Shown: piece by piece, positions 1 through 9,844 of the stretch | How the letters are laid out: the number at the start of each line of letters is the position of its first letter | Position numbering within the stretch: the stretch's first letter is position 1 | Assembly (NCBI GenBank): GCA_027491395.1 | Contig: JAOZFI010000050.1 | Span: forward strand, 1 to 48,115 | Direction: 5' to 3' | DNA from: Thermoproteota archaeon | Lineage (GTDB): Archaea > Korarchaeota > Korarchaeia > Korarchaeales > Korarchaeaceae | Length of the DNA: 48,115 bases | Translations under genes and position numbers: made by a program | Notes under the pieces: generated by a model | Database searches by the model: none | Seen by the model: the letters and a program-made list of their open reading frames with translations, nothing else | What the model was told of the DNA's origin: nothing

Positions 1-30
1 CCCTTCGCACGGGATCGGTCGAAGCTGGTC

Positions 31-354
31 TCACTCCACTTCTATCTGTTCCTCAGGTATCCCCCACTTCTCCTTCAGTAGCTTGGCCACCTTGTACCTA
101 TGGTCCCCCTGCAGCAGCACGTATCCATCCTTGTAGGTGCCGCCGCACGCCAGTATTCGCTTCATTTCCTTCAGGAAAGATTTCATGGTCTCCTTGGAGA
201 AAGGTAGGTTCTCGATTATGGTGACGTCCCTTCCCCTCCTTCTCTCAGTCCTTATTCTCACGGGCCTGAGTTCCTTCTCAACTTCCTCCCAAGAGAAAAG
301 CTCGATCGGGAGGCCTGTTACCGGATCCCTCAATCTCTCGTCGAACGCAACCAT
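31..354 (-). CDS. translation initiation factor aIF1 (SUI1 family)
   Basis: 107 aa; SUI1 signatures RRGRDVTIIE, LACGGTYKDGYVLLQGDHR; archaeal N-terminal DPVTGLP; TATA-like element near 380-390. Confidence 0.93.
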   Translation of the reverse strand: MVAFDERLRDPVTGLPIELFSWEEVEKELRPVRIRTERRRGRDVTIIENLPFSKETMKSFLKEMKRILACGGTYKDGYVLLQGDHRYKVAKLLKEKWGIPEEQIEVE

Positions 355-436
355 TCCAAGCTATTCCGTCGCTGGGTGATATATAAAAACATATGGTCGG
401 GGTGGGAAGGTCCTCCCTGATTCGAGAATTGCCGGA

Positions 437-859
437 TCAGAAGAGACCAACAATGTTGCTGGCGGAGTCCATCCACCACCTGTTATACTCATCCCTCTTC
501 CTCTCTAACTCCTCATCCGAGTAGAAGGCGAACCTCACATCGGCAGATGACCTGAAGATCTCTAGGGTCTTGAGTTCCCCAACGTCCCAAACCAATCCAG
601 AGACTTGGGTCTTGAGCCAGTCTAGGGGGTTCTCCCCTTGGGGGGCGAGCTTGGAGGGCCAGTCCACCCTCCCCCTGAACTTGAGGTGGTATCTTCCATC
701 CTCTGTCTTCACTCCCTCAACCATGAATCCATCTAAATCCAGATCCAGCTTTCCCTCCTTTACTTCCTCTATAGATGCACCTAATCTCTCTAAAAAGGAC
801 CTAAGCTGATCTTCATCCTTGAATACGAGCTCCCCCTCTACTTCAACCTCTGAACTCAT
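437..859 (-). CDS. hypothetical acidic protein
   Basis: ORF 437..868, second ATG at 859 preferred; coding-like composition; no family recognised. Confidence 0.6.
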   Translation of the reverse strand: MSSEVEVEGELVFKDEDQLRSFLERLGASIEEVKEGKLDLDLDGFMVEGVKTEDGRYHLKFRGRVDWPSKLAPQGENPLDWLKTQVSGLVWDVGELKTLEIFRSSADVRFAFYSDEELERKRDEYNRWWMDSASNIVGLF

Positions 860-907
860 GCTGATCACGGCCTATGGAGGAATAAAAGGTTTGAGGATCC
901 CTAGAAA

Positions 908-1795
908 TTACAGGAGGATCCTGAACAAGCCATCAACGGCGATACCTAGGAACGCCATGCCCTCAACAGGGCTGGCTGTTTTGTACATTCTCTTGGCCCC
1001 CTCTATCACCGGGTTCTTGGCATAGAGGATGGACCTGTACAGGAGCAGTAGGGTGGAGGGCAGGGAAATTATCAGGAAGGCCGGACTGAACGGTCCCACT
1101 ATGAAGAGAGCCAGTTCGCTGGCCAACATGACGACCACTGATGCCACGATGATTTTAGCCGTCCTCTCTACTCCTACCACGACCGGGAGCATGGGAACTC
1201 CGGCTGCCCGGTAGTCCTCAACGTGATAGATGGCAATGTACCATATATGTGCCGGGATCCAAGTCATGGTGATCAGGGCTATGAGTAAAGCCGGAAGCTC
1301 CAGCATTCCTCTAGCTGCAGTCCAACCAGCTAGAGAGGGAGCGGCACCGGCTACTCCACCGAATACTATGGATAGGGGCGTCCTCCTTTTGGTCCAGAGG
1401 GTGTACACGATGAGATCGAACACGACCCCTAGGGAGGTGGAGAAGGCTGTCCAGATGTTGATCAGATACGCAACGGCCACTCCGAGCAGGAACAGGAGTA
1501 CGCCGAAGGACAGTGCTTCGCCCCTGCTGACCCTACCAGCCGGGATGGGTCGCTGCTTGGTCCTCCCCATCATGGAGTCTATGTCCGCATCCAAGGCCAT
1601 GTTCACAGCCGTCGTCCCGGAGATCGATAGGACCATGGCGGCCGTGAGAAGCGTGAGTATATCTAGTCTGTAGCCTCCAGCACCTATGTAAGTGAACACG
1701 GAGGTCAGCAACAAGAGAAACGTCTGTTTGGGCTTGGTCAGGCATACATAGTCGGAGATCCTGCTGGATAGCTTGGATACGGCCCTAGCTTCCAT
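908..1795 (-). CDS. ctaB: protoheme IX farnesyltransferase (heme O synthase, UbiA family)
   Basis: LTKPK, NMALDADIDSMMGRTKQRPIPAG, YTLWTKRRT, GGVAGAAP, WIPAH, EDYRAAGVPMLPVV motifs; multiple TM helices; start at ATG 1795 or GTG 1819. Confidence 0.92.
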   Translation of the reverse strand: MEARAVSKLSSRISDYVCLTKPKQTFLLLLTSVFTYIGAGGYRLDILTLLTAAMVLSISGTTAVNMALDADIDSMMGRTKQRPIPAGRVSRGEALSFGVLLFLLGVAVAYLINIWTAFSTSLGVVFDLIVYTLWTKRRTPLSIVFGGVAGAAPSLAGWTAARGMLELPALLIALITMTWIPAHIWYIAIYHVEDYRAAGVPMLPVVVGVERTAKIIVASVVVMLASELALFIVGPFSPAFLIISLPSTLLLLYRSILYAKNPVIEGAKRMYKTASPVEGMAFLGIAVDGLFRILL

Positions 1796-1912
1796 ACCGG
1801 AAGGTTGTGAAATGCCCACCTAATAACTTTGTGAATTAGGTTGCATTACCCAATCCCGTCAAGAAAGGACCGTAGAGTGGACACAAACTAGAGGAAGTAT
1901 TAGGGAGAGGGG

Positions 1913-3007
1913 TCAGGGCCTGAAGGCGTAGAGTTTCTCCACCTCTCTGGTCACAGGCTCTCCCTCAACTATCTCGTTATCTACGCTCACTACTATTCCA
2001 CCAAACGGTATCGCAGGATTCACATACTCTACCGTGAACCCGGATACGGCCATTTTCCAGTCTGGATACTTCAGCGCGTACTTTATGACCAGAGTGCCCT
2101 TCACGTACCTCTTCCCTACAGGATGGACGATAGATCTAGGAATATCCTTACCCCCGATCCTCCAAGTGGTCCTGTTATCCACTGACTCCATCTTGAATGC
2201 AATAAAGACTAAGGGCTCTTTAGGGTTGGCTCTCCCTGGCTCAGGACATTTCTCGATACTCACATTAACTTTGTCGTCTATGAATTGGACGGTTCTGCAA
2301 AAGTGAGGCCTTCCCAAGTGATCGAGCAGGTTGATCTCCACTGTGGTGTAGTTGACGCCCAAGTACATGTAGGTCCTCGTCCTAGTCACATTATAGAGGG
2401 TAGTTCCGTTCTCCTCGATCTGACCTAAAACCCTCCACTCATCCGTCCCCCAAGGGATGGGCTGGTATATCCTCTTCTCTTTGTTGTAGTTATACCTCTC
2501 GACGTAGTATATAGCAAAAGAGCCATTGCTAAGAGCGATCTCATAGCCAGCCTTAATCCATAAGCGAGTTATCCCTAGGAGGGTTCGGTCCTTGAAGAAG
2601 AAGGCCGAGGCCTCAAGGGTCTCTCTCCTAGTGTGACCGGCGAGAACGACGATGTCCCTCCCACCTTTAAAGACGGACACTAAGAATGTCCTAGGTTCCT
2701 GTATGAGGGCAGTCGCGTTCTGCGGGGGTATATAGCTGGAGGAGATGTTTCCGACTCCATCGTACGCCTTGGGACCGCCGAGGATCAGGATGACCTCGTA
2801 GTTCTTCAATGCCTCTTTGAAGTCGCTGGGCCCCATTATCTCGTATTCCATGCTCGAGTTGGTGAGTATCTCCCCTATGAACTGGGCGGTGGGCATATCG
2901 GCATCGTTGCTGATAATAGCCACCTTTGGGGCCTTCCCACCGACCGCTTGGTTGAAGGCCATTGGCAGCACAAGCAGAGCGATTAGAGTGGCGACTGCGT
3001 ATCTCAT
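1913..3007 (-). CDS. secreted protein with N-terminal S-layer/CWB2-like domain
   Basis: signal peptide; ILILGGPKAYDGVG and IVVLAGHTRRET motifs shared with 21186..21692; many N-x-S/T sequons. Confidence 0.65.
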   Translation of the reverse strand: MRYAVATLIALLVLPMAFNQAVGGKAPKVAIISNDADMPTAQFIGEILTNSSMEYEIMGPSDFKEALKNYEVILILGGPKAYDGVGNISSSYIPPQNATALIQEPRTFLVSVFKGGRDIVVLAGHTRRETLEASAFFFKDRTLLGITRLWIKAGYEIALSNGSFAIYYVERYNYNKEKRIYQPIPWGTDEWRVLGQIEENGTTLYNVTRTRTYMYLGVNYTTVEINLLDHLGRPHFCRTVQFIDDKVNVSIEKCPEPGRANPKEPLVFIAFKMESVDNRTTWRIGGKDIPRSIVHPVGKRYVKGTLVIKYALKYPDWKMAVSGFTVEYVNPAIPFGGIVVSVDNEIVEGEPVTREVEKLYAFRP

Positions 3008-3054
3008 CCCGCAACCTCCCTACCTCGACTTAAAGAGTTTTACGCGTCGCTTGG

Positions 3055-4371
3055 CTACATCCCCTTTATGCTCAGCTCGATGAGCTTCTTTATCTCGTTG
3101 GCGTACTCGAACGGTATGTCCCTCACCACGGGTTCGAAGAATCCCAGCACTATCATGGTGATGGCTTCTTCCTCGCTGAGCCCCCTGCTCATCAGATAGA
3201 AGAGCTTGTCCTCCGCCACCTTCCCCACGTAGGCCTCGTGGCCCAGTTCGGAGTCTATTTCATCGCTCCTCAACGCCGGTATAGTCTCGCTCGAGGCTTC
3301 CGGTGACAGGAGCAGGGAGTCGCATTGAACAAATCCGCTGGATCCTTTGGCGCCCTGAACGATCTCCACCTTCCCGTAGAAGTTGGTGGAGCCCCTGTCC
3401 TTAGCCACGCTTTTACTAATGACCTGACTCTTGGTGTTTGGAGCCAAATGCCTTATCACCACACCAGCATCGTGCCTCTCCTCCCCCTTTACGAAGGAGA
3501 GACCGACGTTCCTAGCTGAGGATCCCTCTCCCCTCAAGTGTATGACCGGCCTTACTGCAGTGTGCTTGCTCCCCATCAGCGACTCAACCCACTCTATCTT
3601 CGCACGGCTCATGGCAACGCCCCTCTTGGTGGGGAGGTTGATCACATGATTCGCCCAGTTCTGCATGGTCGTTATCCTCACCTCTGCGCCGGGATAGGCC
3701 CAGACCTCAGTGACGCCGTAATGCAGGGCCTCCCTTATGTAGGAGGGAGCGGAGCACCCCTCGATGTAGTGAACCTTGGCTCCCTCCTCAGCCACGACAA
3801 TTGTGTGATCGGCCTGAGCGATGGGAAGGGATCTCATCACGAAGAGGGCGCTTACGGGAAACGGGACCTCAACTCCCTCGGGCACGTATATGAAGGTGCC
3901 ACCCGCCCAGAGGGCGTAGTGTAAGGCCAGTATCCTGTTCTCCTCAGGGCCAGCCAGTCTGGCGAAGTAACTCCTCACCAGATCCTCGTGCTCCCTTATG
4001 GCCCTGTCTATGGGCATGGCTATAACACCGAGGGACTTTAGCTGATCGGAGAAAGTCTGGTACACGATGGAGGAGTCCACCTGAACCTGCATCCCCGCCA
4101 ACATCTCCATTTCCTCCTCTGGTATGCCCAGAGCCTCCAGAGTCTCCCTGATCTCCTGAGGCAGCTCCTCCAGCTTCTCCGCCTTCTCCGCCGGGGAGAA
4201 GTATTCCAAGGACTCGAAGTCCACCTTCACGTGTCTAGCGTGTTCAGGCATGTCTAGCTTGAAGAAGAGCCTCGCTGACCTCTCCCTCATCTCCCTCAGC
4301 CAGTCGGGCTCCCCCAGCTCCTTGGATATCTGCCTAGCCTTACTTACTAGAAACTCCTCCGTCAGGCTCAC
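3055..4371 (-). CDS. sufB: Fe-S cluster assembly scaffold SufB
   Basis: YIEGCSAP, QNW, QCDSLL, GHEAYVGKV, LFYLMSRGLSEEEA motifs; overlaps sufC stop. Confidence 0.92.
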   Translation of the reverse strand: MSLTEEFLVSKARQISKELGEPDWLREMRERSARLFFKLDMPEHARHVKVDFESLEYFSPAEKAEKLEELPQEIRETLEALGIPEEEMEMLAGMQVQVDSSIVYQTFSDQLKSLGVIAMPIDRAIREHEDLVRSYFARLAGPEENRILALHYALWAGGTFIYVPEGVEVPFPVSALFVMRSLPIAQADHTIVVAEEGAKVHYIEGCSAPSYIREALHYGVTEVWAYPGAEVRITTMQNWANHVINLPTKRGVAMSRAKIEWVESLMGSKHTAVRPVIHLRGEGSSARNVGLSFVKGEERHDAGVVIRHLAPNTKSQVISKSVAKDRGSTNFYGKVEIVQGAKGSSGFVQCDSLLLSPEASSETIPALRSDEIDSELGHEAYVGKVAEDKLFYLMSRGLSEEEAITMIVLGFFEPVVRDIPFEYANEIKKLIELSIKGM

Positions 4372-5117
4372 CTAATCACCACCTCGAACCCGCTCTCCTG
4401 GATCCTCTCAAAGAGGTCGCCTCCGCCGCTGGCCACGATCCTGCCGTCGTACATCACATGGACTCTGTCCACCTTCAAGTGCCTGTACAGTCCTCCCGTG
4501 TGGGTTATGAGCAAGAGGGTGATGCCCTCCTGTAGTGCCCTATAGAGCAGCCTTCCAATGACGTTCAGGGAGTCCACATCAACCCCCGAGTCAGGCTCGT
4601 CCAGTATGGCGAGCTTGGGCCTGAGGGCAAACATCTGCAGGATCTCGAACTTCTTCTTCTCCCCTCCAGAGAAGCCCACGTTTATCTCCCTATCCAAGAA
4701 TTCCTCATTGAATCCAAGGGCCTCCAAGTATGGTCCGAGCTTCTCTATCACGAACTCAACCATATGCTCCCTCAGCGGGGTTAAGGGCTTTTCTCCAGTT
4801 CTCTTCTCGATGAGCTTCGCCAGGTAATCGACCATTTTTAGACCCTCTATCTCCACGGGATTCTGAAAAGCTAGAAAGATACCTCTCTTAGCTCTCTCGT
4901 CTGGAGGGAGTGATGTGATGTCCCTACCCTCGAAGAGGATCTTCCCTCCCACCACCTCGTAGGCCGGATGGCCCGCCACAGCGAGGGCTAAGGTGGACTT
5001 CCCGGACCCATTGGGGCCAATGATCAGATGAACCTGTCCCCCTTGAACCTCCAGATCAGCCCCCTTGATTATCTCCCTGTCCTCCACGCGGACCCTGAGC
5101 CCTTCAAGTCTCAGCAT
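4368..5117 (-). CDS. sufC: Fe-S cluster assembly ATPase SufC
   Basis: Walker A GPNGSGKST, GHPAYEV, FLAFQNP, NVGFSGGEKK, LDEPDSGVD. Confidence 0.95.
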   Translation of the reverse strand: MLRLEGLRVRVEDREIIKGADLEVQGGQVHLIIGPNGSGKSTLALAVAGHPAYEVVGGKILFEGRDITSLPPDERAKRGIFLAFQNPVEIEGLKMVDYLAKLIEKRTGEKPLTPLREHMVEFVIEKLGPYLEALGFNEEFLDREINVGFSGGEKKKFEILQMFALRPKLAILDEPDSGVDVDSLNVIGRLLYRALQEGITLLLITHTGGLYRHLKVDRVHVMYDGRIVASGGGDLFERIQESGFEVVIR

Positions 5118-5221
5118 TTTGGAACACCTTCCCGACTAACTGAAGGCGACTTATTTTACCTTCACCTATAGAACTATCGTTATGGATTCAACATTATAAA
5201 GTTACGCAGACTGAGGACGCG

Positions 5222-6529
5222 ATGAAGGGCTTCCCCCTCCTGTTGCTCCTAGCTGCGTTCACCATCTTGCCGATGTTGCACGGCGATGCTCTACCCCTGA
5301 TAGAGGTGTGGATCGAGGACGCCTCTGCCAAACAGGTCGCGATATCCAGCGAACTGATGGCATATCTTAGTGAGAACGGAACTCTCGTGATCACAAGCGA
5401 TCGTGGAAGGCTGGCGATAAGGGTGGGCGAGGGGAAGCTCGTAGCCGGGAGGGATGTGTTCCTTCAGGAAGGGAATGCTCTATACCTAGTCACCGCTAAG
5501 GGCCTCGAGAGAATAATTGGATGCAAGAGATGCTCCTTCTATCCCTATTCCAAGGATAAGATCGCTATAGTGGATTCTAAGGGCCTGCTGCTGATCTCGG
5601 GTGGGGAGAAGAGGAGGCTAAGAGTGAGAGGCACGGTAAGATGGTCCGACGATGGCTCAAGACTCTCGGTAATACCCGGCGATGAGCTCCTCGTCGTGAA
5701 CGCCTCCGGCTCTATAGTATGGAGAAAGGACATGAACACCCAGCTCTTCGATGCCGAGCCGGATGATCTCACTTATGTGTGTATGAAGGGATGCGAGGTG
5801 TACGCGATAAACGACAAGTCCTTCGTGGCTTGGACCAACAAGCTATGCAAGTGCTGCATCCCCGGCAAGCTCGACAGGTCCGGTGATTACATCTTCGTGC
5901 TGATCCAAGGGAAGGAGCTGGCAGTACTGAACGCGAGGAACGGGAGGAGGATTCAGTCCCTGAGCATGGAGGGGTACGAGATAGATGCCATTCCGGGGAT
6001 CGTCGCTGTCAGGGATGGAGACGGGAGGATACATGTGGTGGTGGATGCCAGCAGGGTGCATATCAAGGGGGAGAGCGGTGGTGTGCTGATCAGCTGGGAT
6101 GTCCCCAGCTGGCTGAAGTCCGGAGAGCTCACGGTGGAACACCCCCAAGGCAGGACAGCCATCCCAGTCGGCTCTGACAGCTTTGTGCCGATCCCCGTGG
6201 AGGGAGACGTCAACGTGACCTTGAGGGGTTTCTCTGGAGAGGTCTCCCTTATCGTGGAAGTGAGACCGCTAAACGTGACCGCTACGCCCTTCGGAGATAT
6301 TCGCATCTCCGGAGACGGGGTCTTCGAGGTTGAGGTCGATGGTAGGAGGTACGTTCCCCCTGTCCGGGTGGATACCGGGTGGCTTCCCACATACACTCTA
6401 AGGATTTACAACCACGGCGTTTTGTTGGCCGAGAGCACCTCGATTAACGCGAGATTCTTGGTTATGATGCTTGTAACCTCAATAATGATTATAGCTCTAC
6501 TCTTCTGGAGAGTTCGCTCTAGATCCTGA
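5222..6529 (+). CDS. membrane-anchored secreted protein, probable beta-propeller
   Basis: signal peptide; repeated beta-rich units with W (VRWSDDG, IVWRK, VAWTN); paired Cys; C-terminal TM helix plus basic tail. Confidence 0.6.
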   Translation: MKGFPLLLLLAAFTILPMLHGDALPLIEVWIEDASAKQVAISSELMAYLSENGTLVITSDRGRLAIRVGEGKLVAGRDVFLQEGNALYLVTAKGLERIIGCKRCSFYPYSKDKIAIVDSKGLLLISGGEKRRLRVRGTVRWSDDGSRLSVIPGDELLVVNASGSIVWRKDMNTQLFDAEPDDLTYVCMKGCEVYAINDKSFVAWTNKLCKCCIPGKLDRSGDYIFVLIQGKELAVLNARNGRRIQSLSMEGYEIDAIPGIVAVRDGDGRIHVVVDASRVHIKGESGGVLISWDVPSWLKSGELTVEHPQGRTAIPVGSDSFVPIPVEGDVNVTLRGFSGEVSLIVEVRPLNVTATPFGDIRISGDGVFEVEVDGRRYVPPVRVDTGWLPTYTLRIYNHGVLLAESTSINARFLVMMLVTSIMIIALLFWRVRSRS

Positions 6530-6583
6530 GATTCAAGGGAGATCTCCTACTACTCTTTATTTTTATCCCGCCCTCCATGGCCT

Positions 6584-7363
6584 ATGGAACTGGGATTGGC
6601 CGATAAGCTGGCTGTTGTAACTGGAGGAAGCTCTGGCCTAGGTAAGGCTGCCGCTGTATCTCTACTCAAGGAGGGCGCAAGAGTCCTGATTGCTTCAAGA
6701 ACGGAGGAGAGGTTAAGGAGAGCTATGGGCGATCTATCTAGCCTAGGAGAGGTGCAGGCCTTGAGGACCGACCTGACAAAACCGGATGACATAGAGTCCC
6801 TCTTCAGGAGATCCGAGGAGATGGGTGGAGCCGACATACTTGTGATCAGCTATGGAGGGCCAAGGATAGCCAGATTCCCCGAACTCAACGACAGGGATTG
6901 GTATCACGCCTACGAACTCTTGGTGATGAGTGTCGTGAGGCTCGCCCGGCTGTTCGGCTTCAGGATGAAGGAGAGGGGATGGGGCAGGATAGTTCTGGTC
7001 ACCTCAGTGGCCATCAAGGAGGTGAACATGAACATACCCTTATCCACCAGCGTGAGGCTCTCCTTAGCTGGTCTCGTCAAAGTCCTATCGAGGGAACTAG
7101 CCCCCGAAGTGAACGTTAACGCTGTAATGCCCGGTCATTTCATGACGGAGAGGCAGCAGGATCTCCTCAGATCGAGAGCAGTTGAGAGAGGCCTGTCACT
7201 CGAGGAAATGGAGGTTGAAGCGGCAAAGGAGATACCTCTGGCCAGATTTGGCAGGCCTGAGGAGCTGGGCGATGTGATCTCCTTCCTGGCGAGTGAGAGG
7301 GCGAGCTACATAACGGGCTCCCTTATACCCGTGGATGGGGGTCTGCTGTCCTGCACCCTTTAA
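6584..7363 (+). CDS. short-chain dehydrogenase/reductase (FabG-like)
   Basis: VTGGSSGLG Rossmann motif, VNAVMPG, RFGRPEE, ASYITGSLIPVDGG; catalytic YxxxK replaced by SxxxR. Confidence 0.9.
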   Translation: MELGLADKLAVVTGGSSGLGKAAAVSLLKEGARVLIASRTEERLRRAMGDLSSLGEVQALRTDLTKPDDIESLFRRSEEMGGADILVISYGGPRIARFPELNDRDWYHAYELLVMSVVRLARLFGFRMKERGWGRIVLVTSVAIKEVNMNIPLSTSVRLSLAGLVKVLSRELAPEVNVNAVMPGHFMTERQQDLLRSRAVERGLSLEEMEVEAAKEIPLARFGRPEELGDVISFLASERASYITGSLIPVDGGLLSCTL

Positions 7364-7373
7364 GGTGATGAGG

Positions 7374-8408
7374 ATGTCGGAGTGGATTGATCTTTTGGAG
7401 AAACTGTCGGTTGCAGCCGGTCCCCCCGGCTTTGAGGACGAGGTTAGGGATCTCCTGATAGATGAACTCAGGGAAAGCGTCGATCAGCTGTTCACCGATC
7501 CTTTCGGGAATCTATACGCAGTGAAGAGGGGTAAGAGCGAGAGGAAGCTGATGATTGCTGCCCACATGGATGAGGTGGCTCTCATGGTCAGGTACTTGGA
7601 GCCCAATGGGTTTCTCAGGGTCACTAACTTGGGGGGACTCAATCCGGCTCAGCTCCTATCTCAGAGAGTACTCGTGCATGGAAGGAAGAAGCTCAGGGGA
7701 GTTATAGGAACACTACCCGTTCACATGGGGAAAGAGGAGCCCCCAAAGATCGAGGATCTCTACGTTGATGTGGGGGGCACCAACAGGGAGCAGCTAGAAG
7801 GACTGGGTGTCAGACCTGGAACTCCCGTGACCTTCGACGTCCCCTTCATCCACCAAGAGGACACGGGTGTGTTGATAGGGAAGGCACTGGATGACAGGCT
7901 GGGGTGCCTAGTACTGGCCGAGTCCCTAAAGGGGGTGAATGACCCGGACATGACGGTCTACGGGGTGTTCACCTCTCAAGAGGAGAGGGGGATGAGGGGA
8001 GCGACGGTCGCGGTGAACAGGGTCCAGCCGGATCTGGCATTCGTGCTCGAGGGGACTATAGCGTCCGATGTACCGGGAGTCCCAGCCCACAAGTACGTCA
8101 CCGAGCTGGGTAAGGGACCCGCCTTGAGGGTGATGGATAGGACCGTGATCGTCCAGAGGTGGCTCCTCGAGGAGATGGTATCTAGGGCTGAGGAGCTCGG
8201 CATACCCTACCAGCTGCAGCTCTCTCCGACGAGCGGGACTGACGCAGCTGCAATAAGCGTTGGGGGAAAGGGGACACCCGTCGGGATAGTATCGGTCCCA
8301 GCTAGGTATATCCACACACCCTCCAGTCTCGCTAGGGTCGAGGACGTAGAAAACACGGTAAAGCTGGTGACCGATCTGGCGGGATCACCACCGGAACCTA
8401 GATATTAA
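7374..8408 (+). CDS. M42 family aminopeptidase (TET-like)
   Basis: AAHMDEV, KALDDRLG, QEERGMRGA, GTDA, PARYIHTP; ATG 7374 follows a GGTGA RBS. Confidence 0.93.
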   Translation: MSEWIDLLEKLSVAAGPPGFEDEVRDLLIDELRESVDQLFTDPFGNLYAVKRGKSERKLMIAAHMDEVALMVRYLEPNGFLRVTNLGGLNPAQLLSQRVLVHGRKKLRGVIGTLPVHMGKEEPPKIEDLYVDVGGTNREQLEGLGVRPGTPVTFDVPFIHQEDTGVLIGKALDDRLGCLVLAESLKGVNDPDMTVYGVFTSQEERGMRGATVAVNRVQPDLAFVLEGTIASDVPGVPAHKYVTELGKGPALRVMDRTVIVQRWLLEEMVSRAEELGIPYQLQLSPTSGTDAAAISVGGKGTPVGIVSVPARYIHTPSSLARVEDVENTVKLVTDLAGSPPEPRY

Positions 8409-9600
8409 GAAGGATTTTTTCTCGAAATTTCATCCCCCTTTTCTTCATCTCATCCAAGAAGGGCCTTGGATCGATGACCTCCTCTGGATAATAAACACCG
8501 GGCAAGCTCAGAATCCCCAGCCCGATCCACTGAGCCGTCAAGGAGGAGGGACTTCCCACGAGCAGGGCCTGAGCGCTCACGTTCCATCTTTCACTCCAGC
8601 TTATCAGGGCCTCCACCAAGATCTCCGCCTTAACTCCCCTTCTCCAACCCCTAGCAATAACCAACATCACATCATGGTCGTTTGGCTCGAATCCCTTTCC
8701 CCTTAAAGAGCCGAGAATCAACTCCCTGATTATATCTCTCGGGACCACGCTCACATTCCCCAACCTTATTGGTCGGTCAGACGTCAATCCTAGGTCGTGG
8801 AGCAGCTTGTACTTCAGAAGGAGGTCTCTGGGGAAGGAGAGCTTGTAGTCGACGAACCTCAATCCCTTACTCTTGAAGGTCTCGCCAAGGGAATAAACCT
8901 CAGGATGCTCGACATAGTATAGCTCCTGCTCTCCAACTGGTGGGGGGAAGGACATAACCTCCCTGCCAGAGAAGGGGGCAACCAGCTCGATACTGCCGTC
9001 CCTCCACACTTCTACAGGTTGATCCATTTCATCGAATATCGTGTCTAGGGAGTATGGAACGGGGAGCGGCACGCCCATCGAATCGTAATCGTTTAGATCT
9101 ACCCACCCCTCCCTCAAGAGAAGCGTATCAACCCTGTCGAGTTCCTTAACGGCCTTAGCAGCCATCACGTTTATGAGCCCCGGGCTCCCGCCCATCTCCA
9201 ATAGAGCAATTAGACCTTTGCTCTTGAACTGATGGTCCATTTCCCTCTGGGCCAATAGTGTCTCTACGTCATCTCCCAAGTCCAGATAGTGGACTTCCGC
9301 CTCTAAAGCAGCTCTCATGACGACCGGTATGGTTGTATAGAGGGCGGCATCGATGACCACGTCTGTCTTGAATTCTTTGAGAGAGGATATCACCTCATCG
9401 AGCTTCGTGGCATCCAGCTTGACATGCTTCACCTCTTTGTACTTGGTTAGAGTGCTCGCCTCATCTGCGACCCGGCGCGCCTTATCACCATCTATATCTG
9501 CAACTAGTACGGACTCGACATCCGGGCTCATTGAATCATCAGCTAGGTCAAGCACTGCCGCTCTCCCCATAATACCGGCTCCTATAACCGCAATTCTCAT
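8398..9600 (-). CDS. saccharopine dehydrogenase / carboxynorspermidine dehydrogenase family oxidoreductase
   Basis: N-terminal GAGIMG, HYLDL, GGSPGLINV, EHPEV. Confidence 0.82.
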   Translation of the reverse strand: MRIAVIGAGIMGRAAVLDLADDSMSPDVESVLVADIDGDKARRVADEASTLTKYKEVKHVKLDATKLDEVISSLKEFKTDVVIDAALYTTIPVVMRAALEAEVHYLDLGDDVETLLAQREMDHQFKSKGLIALLEMGGSPGLINVMAAKAVKELDRVDTLLLREGWVDLNDYDSMGVPLPVPYSLDTIFDEMDQPVEVWRDGSIELVAPFSGREVMSFPPPVGEQELYYVEHPEVYSLGETFKSKGLRFVDYKLSFPRDLLLKYKLLHDLGLTSDRPIRLGNVSVVPRDIIRELILGSLRGKGFEPNDHDVMLVIARGWRRGVKAEILVEALISWSERWNVSAQALLVGSPSSLTAQWIGLGILSLPGVYYPEEVIDPRPFLDEMKKRGMKFREKILLNI

Positions 9601-9740
9601 CGTGCTTCTAACGCATGCTGGTCCATCGAATAATTAAACGATTTTTACTTTAGGACGGCAGCGAGCAGGATCTCAAATTTTCGGTCTGTGCTCTAAATCG
9701 ACGAGTTCAGATTGGAAAGCGCGGAAAGAGGAGAGTCTAC

Positions 9741-9821
9741 TTTATAATTTCACGCGTGAATTATAAAAAATAATGATTATAATGATGTACATTGTCAAAC
9801 AACGTAAACTTTTATTAAAAG
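9741..9821. promoter_or_regulatory. palindrome-rich promoter region upstream of the transglutaminase-like gene
   Basis: TTCACGCGTGAA (9749-9760) inside a longer one-bulge inverted repeat; ATAATGATTAT (9770-9780); CTTTTATTAAAAG over the TATA box (9809-9821). Confidence 0.5.
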
Positions 9822-9844
9822 GTCCCCTGATTGGCCGGGTGCTT

